A stretch of 64,000 nucleotides of DNA, from positions 992,001 through 1,056,000 of the forward strand of contig CAVXGR010000018.1 of assembly GCA_963761335.1 (NCBI GenBank), written 5' to 3'. A program made the position numbers and the translations under genes. How positions within the stretch are numbered: position 1 is the stretch's first letter; every line of letters starts with the position of its first letter. Shown piece after piece: positions 1 through 9,349 of this stretch. The notes beneath the pieces are model-generated. The model was given only the letters and a program-made list of their open reading frames with translations. It did no database searches and was not told the origin of the DNA. Source of the stretch: an uncultured delta proteobacterium. GTDB taxonomy: Bacteria; Desulfobacterota; Binatia; HRBIN30; BPIQ01.

Positions 1-2
1 CG

Positions 3-1355
3 CTCCATGAAATGTGTCAGGATAACCCCCAGCATCCGCGCTGCGATGTCCTGTCCATCCCACACAACTCGAACATGAGCCGTGGCAGCATGTTCCTGAT
101 GCCCGAAAGCGTCGAGGAGGCTCAAATCCGCCACGACATGGAGCCTCTGGTTGAGCTGATGCAGATCAAGGGTCAGTCGGAATGCCGCTACTCGCCGGAG
201 ACCGGCACCTACTGGAGCCAATACCCCAACGCCGCCGACGAGCTGTGTGACTTCGAGAACATGAGCTACTCGCGTCTCAATGGCGCCTACGTACCGCCGG
301 CTCAGCAGGACCGGGAGTGGCTGCCGCCGCGCGCCTATGTGCGCGAGGCGCTGAAGAACGGTATCCAGTACGAGGCGGAGCACGGCATCAATCCGTTCCA
401 GCTGGGATTCGTCGGCGGCCTCGACAATCACAACGGCACCCCCGGGCAGAGTGAGGAGATCGACTACGCGCGGCACGGGGCGCACGGCATTCAGAGCTTC
501 GCGGCATCGGGCGAGATTCTGAACGAGAAGAACTTCCTCGGCTTCGAGACCAACGGGGGGGCCCTGACGGTCGCCTGGGCGGAGGAGAACTCGCGCGACG
601 CGATCTTTACGGCGATGAAGAATCGCGAGACCTACGCGACCAGCGGCACGCGTCCCATTGTCCGTTTCTTCGGAGGCTTCGATCTGCCCGCCGACATCTG
701 CGGGACCGGGAACTTCGCGGCGCGTGGGTACGCCAACGGCGTGCCGATGGGCGGCTGCCTGCGCCGACACCCCGACCCCCTTGGAAAGTGCGCCACCGGT
801 GCCGTCGGGCAGGCGCCCAGCTTCGCCGTGAACGCGATGATGGACATCGGCTGGCCGGGGCACCCGGGCACGATGCTGCAGCGCATTCAGATCGTCAAAG
901 GCTGGGTGGATGCCGCCGGCGAGACCCACGACGCGGTGTACGACGTCGCCGGTGACGCCCACAACGGTGCGACCGTCGATCTGAAGACATGCACGCCGTT
1001 GGGCGACGGCGCTCCAACGTTGTGCGCGTCGTGGACCGATCCGGAGTTCGACCCGACCCAGAATGCCTTCTATTACGCCCGTATTCTGGAAAACCCGAGC
1101 TGCCGCTGGAATCAGTACTACTGCAATGCACGCGGCGTCGACTGCAGCCTGCCGATGGGCACCTGCAGCTCCGAGAGCGCCTCGAACGGCAGCGGCTGCA
1201 ACGGCAACGACGACTGTGGCGACGGCGGCGTCTGTATCCTGCCGGTCAGCTACACCCAGTACGAGTATCAGCAGTGCTGCAGTGATCTGGTGCCGAAGTC
1301 GGTGCAGCAACGCGCCTGGACATCGCCGATCTGGTACCACGCGAGTCCCTCATGA
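3..1355 (+). CDS. DUF3604 family protein (PHP-like putative metallohydrolase), 5' truncated by window edge
   Basis: Frame is open to the window start. Motifs IPHNSNMS, E-x-x-Q-x-KGQSE, NPFQLGFVG..DNHNG, WAEENSRDAIF..RETYATSG, FYYARILENPSCRW and the terminal RAWTSPIWY are typical of DUF3604. Confidence 0.85.
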   Translation, partial: LHEMCQDNPQHPRCDVLSIPHNSNMSRGSMFLMPESVEEAQIRHDMEPLVELMQIKGQSECRYSPETGTYWSQYPNAADELCDFENMSYSRLNGAYVPPAQQDREWLPPRAYVREALKNGIQYEAEHGINPFQLGFVGGLDNHNGTPGQSEEIDYARHGAHGIQSFAASGEILNEKNFLGFETNGGALTVAWAEENSRDAIFTAMKNRETYATSGTRPIVRFFGGFDLPADICGTGNFAARGYANGVPMGGCLRRHPDPLGKCATGAVGQAPSFAVNAMMDIGWPGHPGTMLQRIQIVKGWVDAAGETHDAVYDVAGDAHNGATVDLKTCTPLGDGAPTLCASWTDPEFDPTQNAFYYARILENPSCRWNQYYCNARGVDCSLPMGTCSSESASNGSGCNGNDDCGDGGVCILPVSYTQYEYQQCCSDLVPKSVQQRAWTSPIWYHASPS

Positions 1356-2383
1356 TCGCGTCTGCCGGACATTGGCTGCGGCGCGCGCTGCGCCATCCGC
1401 TGGTTCATTTCGGAGCCCTTGGCGCCATCCTGTTTGCGTTGCGCGGCGGTTGGCAGCCGGCGGCCGATGGGGCGCAGGCGGCGGCGCCACGCCAGCAGAT
1501 CGTCATCACAAGCGAGCGTCTGCGCCTGCTGCAGTCGGACTTCGAGCAGCGTTGGGGTGCAGCGCCCAGCGCCTTGCAGTTGCGCGCCCTCGTCAACCAC
1601 GCCGTCGAGGACGAAATGCTCTACCGCGAGGCAGGCGTGCTGGCCTTGGGTTTCAAGGACGGCAGCGTGCGGCGGCGCTTGGTAGAAAAAGCACGCGTCG
1701 TCAGTCGGCACCCGGCCCGCAGCGAGGAAGAGCTGTACCAGAGCGCCCTCGCCCTGGGGCTCGACGACGACGTGATCATCCGCCGTCTGCTCGCCGAGAA
1801 GATGCGAATCGTCCTGCAGCACGATCCCAAGGACGGCCCGATCCCCGAGTCGGCGATGCAGGACTACCTCGAGCGCAACCGCGAGCGCTTCGTACAGCCG
1901 GAGGCGGTGACCTTGACGCAGATCTTCTTCAGCGCCAGCGCCCGACACGGCCACATGGCGGCGGACGCCGCCGCGGCGTTGGCGCGCCTGGGAACACAGC
2001 CGCCGTCACCCACGGTGATGCCGTTGGCTGATCCCTTTCCGCTCGGCCAGCAGCTACACGGGTACTCGTGGCAGCAGCTCATGAGCCGCTTTGGCAAGAC
2101 CTTCGCCGATGAGGTCTTCGCTCTCGAGCCACGCACATGGTCGGAGCCGATGGCCTCGCCGTACGGGCTGCACCTCGTGTGGGTCGACGAGCACCGGCCG
2201 GAGCGGCTGCCGCCACTCGCCGCGGTGCGCGAGCCGATCGCCTTGGCGCTGATGAAGCAACGCGACGCCGAGAACCTCCAGCGTGGATTGGAACGATTGC
2301 GCTGTCTATACGACATCCGTGTCGAGACAGCGCCGGCCGGCGTTGCGGCGGCTCCCGTGCAAAACACGGAGCCCGCCTCATGA
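1352..2383 (+). CDS. Peptidyl-prolyl cis-trans isomerase, PpiC/rotamase-2 type, membrane anchored
   Basis: N-terminal PLVHF hydrophobic anchor; EDEMLYREA..LG, DDVIIRRLL, WSEPMASPYGLHLV; ATGA overlap with the DUF3604 stop. Confidence 0.8.
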   Translation: MIASAGHWLRRALRHPLVHFGALGAILFALRGGWQPAADGAQAAAPRQQIVITSERLRLLQSDFEQRWGAAPSALQLRALVNHAVEDEMLYREAGVLALGFKDGSVRRRLVEKARVVSRHPARSEEELYQSALALGLDDDVIIRRLLAEKMRIVLQHDPKDGPIPESAMQDYLERNRERFVQPEAVTLTQIFFSASARHGHMAADAAAALARLGTQPPSPTVMPLADPFPLGQQLHGYSWQQLMSRFGKTFADEVFALEPRTWSEPMASPYGLHLVWVDEHRPERLPPLAAVREPIALALMKQRDAENLQRGLERLRCLYDIRVETAPAGVAAAPVQNTEPAS

Positions 2384-3486
2384 GGTCGATGGCCGCAATT
2401 CTGACCGGGGTCGGCCGGCAGCGGCGGGCCGGCGGTAGCCCGCTGCCGCAAGAGCAAGCGACTGCGGCCGCCGGCATGCCCTCACGCCGCCACGCGCCGC
2501 TGCCGCACCGCGGTCTTCTCGGAAGAGCGGCTGTCCTCTCTCTCTGCCTGCGCGCCACAACGGCCTTCGGGCATCCGCTGGATCCGGCTGTGCTGGAGCT
2601 GCACGAACAGCACGTGGGGCCTACTGAGGTGCGCTTTCAGGCGCCATTGCCCTCGCTTCTGCGGCCGGTGTTGCCCGAGCGCTGTGTGCCACTGTCGGCA
2701 CCGGTCATCACGACGACGACACGCAGTGCGCTGCAGCGTTGGCAGGTGGATTGCGGTGCCCACGGTCTCGTCGGAGAGCACATCGGTGTGGATGGGCTGC
2801 GCGTCCGACAGACCGACGCGTTGGTACGCATCGAGCTGCGCGACGGCCGTCTGCTGCAGGCCGTACTGCGACCCGACGAACCGTTCATCACCATCCCGGA
2901 ACAAGCCGGCGTCGGCGCTGTGCTGCGGGGCTACCTACGGCTGGGACTGAGGCACATTCTGACCGGCCCGGATCATCTGCTGTTCATTGTCGGCCTGGTC
3001 CTGCTCGTGCGCAACCGCAGGCGCTTGCTCTCGATCATCACGGCCTTCACCCTCGGCCACAGCGTGACCCTGTCGCTTGCCGCGCTCGGGTTCGTGGACG
3101 TCCCGCCGCCGCCGCTCGAAGTGCTGATCGCTCTCAGCATCGTAGTGGTGGCCTTCGAGCTGACACGCGTTGCGTCCGGTCACGCAGCGGACGGGGCGAT
3201 GCCGGTGGGCATCGCGTTGAGCTTCGGTTTCCTCCACGGCTTCGGCTTCGCCGGCGCGCTGGCGCAAGTGGGGCTGCCGAGTGGGGAGATCCCGCCGGCG
3301 GTGCTGGCCTTCAACGTCGGCATTGAGGTCGGGCAGATTCTGCTGGTCGCCGTCACCCTCGCTGCCATTGCGGCGCTGCACGCATTGCCGATCCGTTGGC
3401 CCGCCGCGGCTCGGTTCGTCCCCGCGTACGCCATTGGTTCGCTCGCGGCCTTCTGGGTTTTCGAGCGACTCGCCGCGATCTTCTGA
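2380..3486 (+). CDS. HupE/UreJ family membrane protein
   Basis: LGLRHILTGPDHLLF, ITAFTLGHSVTL, FGFLHGFGFAGAL, FNVGIEVGQ; ATG 2380 overlaps the upstream TGA (start could be later). Confidence 0.85.
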   Translation: MRSMAAILTGVGRQRRAGGSPLPQEQATAAAGMPSRRHAPLPHRGLLGRAAVLSLCLRATTAFGHPLDPAVLELHEQHVGPTEVRFQAPLPSLLRPVLPERCVPLSAPVITTTTRSALQRWQVDCGAHGLVGEHIGVDGLRVRQTDALVRIELRDGRLLQAVLRPDEPFITIPEQAGVGAVLRGYLRLGLRHILTGPDHLLFIVGLVLLVRNRRRLLSIITAFTLGHSVTLSLAALGFVDVPPPPLEVLIALSIVVVAFELTRVASGHAADGAMPVGIALSFGFLHGFGFAGALAQVGLPSGEIPPAVLAFNVGIEVGQILLVAVTLAAIAALHALPIRWPAAARFVPAYAIGSLAAFWVFERLAAIF

Positions 3487-3599
3487 CCGTTGCGGGTTGC
3501 CGGAGGGGATTGATCCGCCACTGTCTGACGGCCGCCCCGGGGCCTCTCCCACTCTTGCTTTCAGGAGGCCGGCCCGCGACAACACTCTCCGGGTCCACC

Positions 3600-5399
3600 A
3601 TGTCTCTGCTGCTCAGTTGCCAAGCCATCAGCAAGGCCTTCGGCGCCACGGTGCTCTTCGAGCAGCTCTCCCTCGGGCTGTTCGAGGGAGACCGCATCGG
3701 CTTCGTCGGCCCCAACGGCAGCGGCAAGTCGACGCTGCTGAAGATCCTCGCCGGGATCGAGGCGCCCGACGCCGGGGCGCGCTCGGTGCGCAAGCTGCTG
3801 CGAATCGGGTACGTGCCGCAGGAATCGAGCTTCGCTCCCGACCACAGCATCGAAGACATCCTGTGGGCGGCGCTCGCCGGCGATCGCCTCGATGCCGACG
3901 AGCGGCACGCGCGCGTCGGCGCGACGCTCGCCAAGACGGGCTTCCCCGACGTCCGGCAGAAGACGGCGACGCTGTCGGGCGGCTGGACGAAGCGCCTGGC
4001 GATCGCCTGCGCCCTGGTGCGCGACCCGGATCTGCTGCTGCTGGACGAGCCCACGAATCACCTCGATATCGAAGGCATCCTGTGGCTCGAACGGCTGCTG
4101 CGCGCCGATGCCGTGGCCTATCTGGTCGTCAGCCACGATCGCTACTTTCTCGAAAATGTCGCCAACCGCGTCATCGAGCTGAACCGCTGTTACGCCACCG
4201 GCGTCCTCGACACCCGTGGCACCTACAGCGACTTCCTGGAGAAGAAGGACGAGGCACTGCGCGGGCAGGAGCGCTACCAGGACGCGCTGGCGAACCGGGT
4301 GCGGCGCGAGATCGAGTGGCTCAAGCGCGGCCCCAAGGCACGGACGCGGAAGTCGTCGGCACGCATCGACAGCGCCGCCGGGCTGCAGGACGAGTTGGCG
4401 GCGGTCGCCCGTCGCAATGCGACGCGCTCGGTGCGCCTCGAGTTCAACGCGTCCGAACGCAAGACGAAACAGCTCCTGGTCGCCGAGCAGATCACCAAGC
4501 GCTTCGGCGCGCGGATGCTGTTCGAGTCCGTGAGCCTGACCCTGTCACCGGGCACCCGGCTCGGCATCCTCGGCCGCAACGGCAGCGGCAAGACCACGCT
4601 CGTGCGCGTGCTCACCGGCGAAGTGGCCGCCGATGCCGGCCGGGTCGAACGAGCCGAGGGGCTGCGCATCGCACACCTCGACCAGCAGCGCACGCAGGTC
4701 GATCCGAACGTCACCCTGCGCCGCGCCTTTGCGCCGCACGGCGATCAGGTCATCTACCGCGATCGGCCGATCCACGTCGCCGGTTGGGCGAAGCGCTTCC
4801 TCTTTCCCGCCGAGCAGCTCGAGATGCCCGTGGCCCGCCTCTCCGGCGGCGAGCGCGCTCGCCTGGCCATCGCCAAGCTCATGCTCCTGCCGGCCGACGT
4901 GCTGATTCTCGACGAGCCGACCAACGACCTCGACATCCCGACGCTGGAGGTCCTGGAGGAGAGCCTGCTGGATTTTCCCGGCGCCGTGGTGTTGGTGACC
5001 CACGACCGCTTCCTGTTCGAACGCGTCGCCACGCTCGTCCTGGCGATCGGCGACGCCGGCCGGGTACAGTTCTTCGCTGACTATCGCCAGTGGGAGGAGG
5101 CGCAGCGCCGCTCGAGCGCTGCGGTCGAGAAGGGCGCCGCGGCGCCGGCTACCCCGGCCAGGCCGGCCGGTGGCCGCAAGCGTCTCTCGTATACCAAGCG
5201 GCGCGAGTGGGAGCAGATGGAAGCCACGATCCTCGCCGCCGAGGAGGATCTCGACGCCCGTCGCGCCGCGGTCGAAGATCCGTCCATCGCGGCAAACGCG
5301 GCGCTGCTGCACCAGCGCTACGAGGAGCTGCAAGCGGCACAGGATCGCGTCGACCGTCTCTACGAGCGCTGGGCGGAGTTGGAGGCGGAGCAACAGTGA
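3600..5399 (+). CDS. uup: ABC-F family ATP-binding protein, Uup-like
   Basis: Two ABC domains (GPNGSGKST/LSGGW/LLDEPTNHLD; GRNGSGKTT/LSGGE/LDEPTNDLD), EWLKRGPKAR linker, C-terminal coiled coil ending LYERWAELE. Confidence 0.85.
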   Translation: MSLLLSCQAISKAFGATVLFEQLSLGLFEGDRIGFVGPNGSGKSTLLKILAGIEAPDAGARSVRKLLRIGYVPQESSFAPDHSIEDILWAALAGDRLDADERHARVGATLAKTGFPDVRQKTATLSGGWTKRLAIACALVRDPDLLLLDEPTNHLDIEGILWLERLLRADAVAYLVVSHDRYFLENVANRVIELNRCYATGVLDTRGTYSDFLEKKDEALRGQERYQDALANRVRREIEWLKRGPKARTRKSSARIDSAAGLQDELAAVARRNATRSVRLEFNASERKTKQLLVAEQITKRFGARMLFESVSLTLSPGTRLGILGRNGSGKTTLVRVLTGEVAADAGRVERAEGLRIAHLDQQRTQVDPNVTLRRAFAPHGDQVIYRDRPIHVAGWAKRFLFPAEQLEMPVARLSGGERARLAIAKLMLLPADVLILDEPTNDLDIPTLEVLEESLLDFPGAVVLVTHDRFLFERVATLVLAIGDAGRVQFFADYRQWEEAQRRSSAAVEKGAAAPATPARPAGGRKRLSYTKRREWEQMEATILAAEEDLDARRAAVEDPSIAANAALLHQRYEELQAAQDRVDRLYERWAELEAEQQ

Positions 5400-5527
5400 C
5401 CCCAACCTGCTCCGACAGCCTCTGAAACCCCCGGCGAGCATGAACCAACACCCAACACCCATCCCCACGCCGCACCCTTGCTCCGCCGAAACGAGGCGGT
5501 TAGTTTGGCGCCGAGGAGAAAATCGAC

Positions 5528-6754
5528 ATGGGGACTGCCTACATCATCGACGCCGTGCGCACGCCGCGGGGCAAGGGAAAACCGAACGGGAAGCTCGCCG
5601 GCATTCACCCGCAGGAGCTGCTGGCGCAGGCGCTGAACGGCTTGCGGCGGACCGCGTTCGATCTCAACGACGTCGAGGACGTGGTCACCGGTGTCGTGCA
5701 GCAGGTCGGCGAGCAGGGGGCCTGCATCGGCCGCATGGGAACCCTGGCCGCGGGCTGGCCCAACGAGGTCACCGGCGTCTCCCTGAATCGCTTCTGCGGC
5801 TCCGGTCTGCAAGCGGTGAACTTTGCGGCAATGGGCGCTGCCAGCGGCATGCAGGATCTGGTGGTCGGCGCCGGTGTCGAGTCGATGTCGCGGGTGCCGA
5901 TGGGATCGGACGGCGGCAATCTCGACGGCAACAACCCGCATCTGCAGGAGCTGCACCCGATCGTCCCGCAGGGCATCTCCGCCGACCTGATCGCCACTCT
6001 CGAAGGCATCTCGCGCGAGGACTGCGATCGCTTCGCCTGGGAGAGCCAGCAGAACACCCAGCGGGCCGTGGCCCAGGGACGCTTCAAGAGCTTGATCCCG
6101 GTGAAGGACCTCGACGGCAACGTGGTGCTCGATCGGGACGAGTACCCGCGCCCGGAGACCAGCCTCGAAGGGCTGGCCGGCCTGGCGTCCTCGTTTGCGG
6201 CGATGGGACAGTTCGTCCCTCCGAACGGTGACGGCCTCAGCCTCGATGAGCGCGCCAAGAAGCGATATCCGCAGGTCCGGGAGCTGAACCACGTCCACAC
6301 CGCCGGCAACTCCTCGGGCATCGTCGACGGCGCCGCCGCGGTGCTGATCGCCTCGGAGCGCTACGTGAAGGAGCGCGGTCTGAAGCCGCGGGCGAAGATC
6401 ATCACCACGGCGACCTGCGGCGCCGAGCCGGTGATCATGCTGACGGCCCCGGTGCCGGCGACGCGGCGGGCGCTCGAGAAGGCGGGCATGACGGTTGGCG
6501 ACATCGACCTCTTCGAGATCAACGAGGCCTTCGCCGTCGTGCCACTCAAGGTGATGCGCGACCTCGGCATCGCCCGCGACAAGGTGAACGTCAACGGCGG
6601 CGCCATCGCCCTCGGCCACCCGCTCGGGGCCACTGGGGCGATGCTCCTCGGCACGGTGCTCGACGAGCTGGAGAGACAGGACAAGACCACCGCTTTGGTG
6701 ACTCTCTGCATCGGCGGCGGTATGGGCATCACCACCGTCCTCGAGCGGGTATAG
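5528..6754 (+). CDS. Acetyl-CoA C-acyltransferase (thiolase)
   Basis: NRFCGSG catalytic Cys, [31 protein letters not shown]. Confidence 0.95.
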   Translation: MGTAYIIDAVRTPRGKGKPNGKLAGIHPQELLAQALNGLRRTAFDLNDVEDVVTGVVQQVGEQGACIGRMGTLAAGWPNEVTGVSLNRFCGSGLQAVNFAAMGAASGMQDLVVGAGVESMSRVPMGSDGGNLDGNNPHLQELHPIVPQGISADLIATLEGISREDCDRFAWESQQNTQRAVAQGRFKSLIPVKDLDGNVVLDRDEYPRPETSLEGLAGLASSFAAMGQFVPPNGDGLSLDERAKKRYPQVRELNHVHTAGNSSGIVDGAAAVLIASERYVKERGLKPRAKIITTATCGAEPVIMLTAPVPATRRALEKAGMTVGDIDLFEINEAFAVVPLKVMRDLGIARDKVNVNGGAIALGHPLGATGAMLLGTVLDELERQDKTTALVTLCIGGGMGITTVLERV

Positions 6755-6881
6755 TCTTCGCGCGACGGAAGGGGACAGTGCGTCATGAGCCTGCGGCTCA
6801 CCAACAGACGATGAAAATGGACGGCGTCCTGATTCACCGATCAGACGCTTGCGATGATACTTCCGCGACGCGGGGGCGGGT

Positions 6882-6993
6882 CTCCTCTCCCCGCATCTTT
6901 CCGCGGGGAGAGGATCAAGGTGAGGGGTTCCTCTCACTGAAAGCTGGTGAATCTCGCCCTGACCCTCTCCCGCCAAGTAATGCGGGAGAGGGA
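6882..6993. repeat. BoxC-like paired palindrome (CCTCTCCC..GGGAGAGG..GGTGAGGG), copy 1
   Basis: Two facing CCTCTCCC(C)GC-loop-GCGGG(G)AGAGG hairpins with an internal CTCACTGAAAGCT. Confidence 0.8.
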
Positions 6994-7152
6994 ACGCGCC
7001 CCCGAAGCGCACACCCAACAGATTTTCGAAGCAGTGCGTCATGAGCCTTGCGGCTCGCCAGTAGACGATGAAAATGAGGGCGGGGTTCTCACCCGGGAAA
7101 AGATTTGGCGGTTCTGGCATGGGCGAAGTTCGCCCCGGAGGGGCGGCGGCGT

Positions 7153-7375
7153 GTAGCCCCGGGTGAAACCCGGGGAAAAGTGCGCGGTGCGTCATAGGCG
7201 CCCCGCCAGGGGCGCGGGCAAGTTTTCGTCGACGTCACGCCCGTACGCCGATAATCACCACTGGGTGCGTGGGAAGCTCATCAACGTGATTCACGCGGCC
7301 TCTACGCCTGCGCCCCTCCGGGGCGCTGATCTGGGCCAATCGGAACGCGGTCCCCGGGTTGGCACCCGGGGCTAC
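7153..7375. repeat. GTAG-type REP doublet (REPIN-like)
   Basis: GTAGCCCCGGGTGAAACCCGGGG (7153-7175) and inverted CCCCGGGTTGGCACCCGGGGCTAC (7352-7375), with GCGCCCCTCCGGGGCG hairpins. Confidence 0.8.
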
Positions 7376-7389
7376 ATGCCCGCGCCCCT

Positions 7390-7483
7390 CCGGGGCGATA
7401 ATCTCCACGCCAAGCCCCGGGGCTCCGCCAGACCTTCCGGGGCGATAAGCTCCACACCAAGCGCCGGGGCTGCGCCAGACCTT
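7390..7483. repeat. 47-bp direct tandem duplication
   Basis: CCGGGGCGATAA.CTCCAC.CCAAGC.CCGGGGCT.CGCCAGACCTT at 7390-7436 and 7437-7483. Confidence 0.85.
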
Positions 7484-7609
7484 CACCCAATAGATTTTCG
7501 AAGCAGTGCCTCATGAGCCTTGCGGCTCGCCAGTAGACGATGAAAATGGACGGCGTCCTGATTCACCGATCAGACGCTTGCGATGATACTTCCGCGCCGC
7601 GGGGGGGGT

Positions 7610-7753
7610 CTCCTCTCCCCGCATCTTTCTGCGGGGAGAGGATCAAGGTGAGGGGTTCCTGTCTCACTGAAAGCTCGTGAATCTCCACGGCCTTCACAGA
7701 GATCGGCACCCTCACCCTGACCCTCTTCCCCGCCGAGTAATGCGGGAGAGGGA
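7610..7753. repeat. BoxC-like paired palindrome, copy 2
   Basis: Near-identical to 6882-6993 with a longer internal spacer. Confidence 0.8.
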
Positions 7754-7905
7754 ACGCGCCCCCGAAGCGCACACCCAACAGATTTTCGAAGCAGGCACCT
7801 TTTCGGCAGCGGAGGCCGAGGGCCTCAATGAAGCACCGTTGCGCCGAAAAGGAGCCAGTCCCCTTGTGGCTCCTCAACCGACCGGCATTAGGGCAAGCCC
7901 TGCCG

Positions 7906-8298
7906 CTACGAGTGCAGCATTTGGTGCAGCATCAGCCCGGCGTACCGCAGGTGGTAGAGCAGGACGAAGTAGTACGCCAGGAAGACGGCAAAGATGCCGA
8001 TGACGGCGAGTGGCCGCTGCCGAGAGCGCCACAACAGATAGGATCCGAGGCCGACGAGCGCCAGCTTCACGGCGACGAACGACACGGGATGGCCGTACAC
8101 CAAGGAGCGCATGAGCACGTTGCCTTCCCGCGCCAAGCCGTGGTCCACCCACAGCAGGGTGAAGAGGGCGTCGCTGAGGTTCAGCGCCAGAACCGCGAAG
8201 ATCAACCAGCGCAGCCATCGGTAGTGCTGCGGTTCGCCGATGGGTAGGCGCGAGCGCGTATGCGGACGGCGCAGGTGCGAATCGTCGGCGTCGATCAT
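7906..8298 (-). CDS. Small membrane protein, DUF5658-like
   Basis: LNLSDALFT..G.AREGNVLM..F...KL motif with three hydrophobic segments; ATG at 8298. Confidence 0.7.
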   Translation of the reverse strand: MIDADDSHLRRPHTRSRLPIGEPQHYRWLRWLIFAVLALNLSDALFTLLWVDHGLAREGNVLMRSLVYGHPVSFVAVKLALVGLGSYLLWRSRQRPLAVIGIFAVFLAYYFVLLYHLRYAGLMLHQMLHS

Positions 8299-8443
8299 GC
8301 AGAGTTCATTCCTGAAATCGTCGAACCCCGGCAGCTTACCACGGCAGTTGCGGCTGCCTAGTCCTTTCGAGGGCTTACATGCACAAGTTGCAAGCCGCGC
8401 CGCAGCCTGCGCGCCTCCCGGCGAGCCAGCGGACGCATTTCGA

Positions 8444-8459
8444 TGGCACAGGTGATGCA
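8444..8459 (+). promoter_or_regulatory. Putative sigma-54 (-24/-12) promoter
   Basis: TGGCACAGGTGATGCA fits TGGCAC-N5-TTGCW with one mismatch and correct GG-N10-GC spacing, 38 nt before a SD-led ORF. Confidence 0.55.
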
Positions 8460-8497
8460 CCATCGCCCGGCATATCTTCGATGGAAAGGAGCGTCAC

Positions 8498-8707
8498 ATG
8501 AGTCACGACAGCAGTCATCCACATGAGCATGGCGAATCCCACGGCGGCAAGAGCTATCAGGAGGAGGCCAGCGAGTTTGCCGGCTCGGAGGAGTCGAGAG
8601 TGGCGGCGCGGGAGGCTCGTCGCGCCATCGACAGCCCGGAAGCGAAAGAGATGAAGAAGGCGGAGAAGGTCGGCAAGTCGAAGGCGAGGAACGTCAACGA
8701 GAGCTGA
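8498..8707 (+). CDS. Small highly charged hypothetical protein (69 aa)
   Basis: SD AAGGAG, GC3-rich codons, AAREARRAIDSPEAKEMKKAE helix, His-rich N-terminus. Confidence 0.65.
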   Translation: MSHDSSHPHEHGESHGGKSYQEEASEFAGSEESRVAAREARRAIDSPEAKEMKKAEKVGKSKARNVNES

Positions 8708-8779
8708 GCGGGCCAGATCCGCCACGGTTATGCGAGCGATTGACAACGATGAGCCTTGGCGCTTGCTGCGGGCGTGGGT

Positions 8780-8900
8780 TCCCTCTCCCGCATTGCCTGC
8801 GGGAGAGGAACAGGGTGAGGGCGCCGACCCTCTTTGAAGGCGGCGAAAACTCATGAGCTTTCAGTGAGGAAGGGACGCCCTCACCTCAATCCTCTACCCA
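8780..8900. repeat. BoxC-like paired palindrome, copy 3 (right arm degenerate)
   Basis: CCCTCTCCCGCATTGCCTGCGGGAGAGGAACAGGGTGAGGG ... AGCTTTCAGTGAG ... CCCTCACCTCAATCCTCT; lies between convergent genes. Confidence 0.75.
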
Positions 8901-8910
8901 CGCCCCGATC

Positions 8911-9339
8911 TCAGCTGCGGCGGAACTTCACCAAGGTGATCTCGTCGTTCACCGGCACGAAGACCGCTTCCACCGGCAGGTCGGCGCGAATCTCCTCGGG
9001 AGGGCAGTCGAGAATCTGGCTGACGAAGTGGATGCCCTCCTCGAGGAGCACGTCGACGACGTTGTAGGGAAGGCTCGGCGCGAAGGCGGGCAGGGTCGGG
9101 CCGTGAACCACAGTCCAGGTGTAGACGCGTCCCCGGCCGCTGGCGCTCTCCCAGGAGAATTCGCGCGACAGACAGCGGGAACAGGCCGGGCGAGGGTAGT
9201 GCCGGAAGGCGCCGCAGGCCTTGCACTTCTGGAAGCGCAGCTCGCCGCGGCGTGCCGCCTCATAGAACGGCGCATTGTCCGCGGTCGGCTGCGGTAGGGG
9301 AAAGCCTTCGGCGGTCCGGGCCTCTGGCGGTTGGCTCAT
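8911..9339 (-). CDS. Zn-ribbon/OB-fold acyl-CoA-binding protein (DUF35/ChsH2-C-like)
   Basis: QKCKACG..HYPRPACSRC, SGRGRVYTWT, PYNVVDVLLEEG. Confidence 0.9.
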   Translation of the reverse strand: MSQPPEARTAEGFPLPQPTADNAPFYEAARRGELRFQKCKACGAFRHYPRPACSRCLSREFSWESASGRGRVYTWTVVHGPTLPAFAPSLPYNVVDVLLEEGIHFVSQILDCPPEEIRADLPVEAVFVPVNDEITLVKFRRS

Positions 9340-9349
9340 TCTCTCTCCC

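Larger units (their letters stand above)
6779..7794. mobile_element. Tandem array of three non-coding cassettes (6779-7034, 7035-7506, 7507-7794) with shared ends
   Basis: Each begins TGC(G/C)TCATGAGCC(T)TGCGGCTC(A/G)CCA..AGACGATGAAAATG and ends CACCCAA(C/T)AGATTTTCGAAGCAG; cassettes 1 and 3 are near-identical, cassette 2 has unrelated cargo. Confidence 0.8.
6769..7865. repeat. Palindromic element AAGGGGACAGGCACCTTTTCGGC...GCCGAAAAGGAGCCAGTCCCCTT, left arm interrupted by a 1016-bp insertion
   Basis: Joining 6769-6778 to 7795-7807 gives a 23-mer matching the reverse complement of 7843-7865 at 21/23. Confidence 0.8.

Noticed and set aside
5445..5470. CAACACC-type short repeats (also inverted at 40737-40778)
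   Set aside because: Only 2-3 degenerate units; possibly another repeat family but too short to support
6779..7794. CRISPR array or classical integron
   Set aside because: Intervening segments are ~190-410 bp and two are near-identical; terminal repeats are halves; no GTTRRRY/RYYYAAC attC cores; no cas or intI gene
6778..8003. Short ORFs across the repeat array (6778-7044, 6947-7156, 7163-7516, 7677-8003 etc.)
   Set aside because: They translate palindromic repeats, with no SD, motifs or coding-like codon bias
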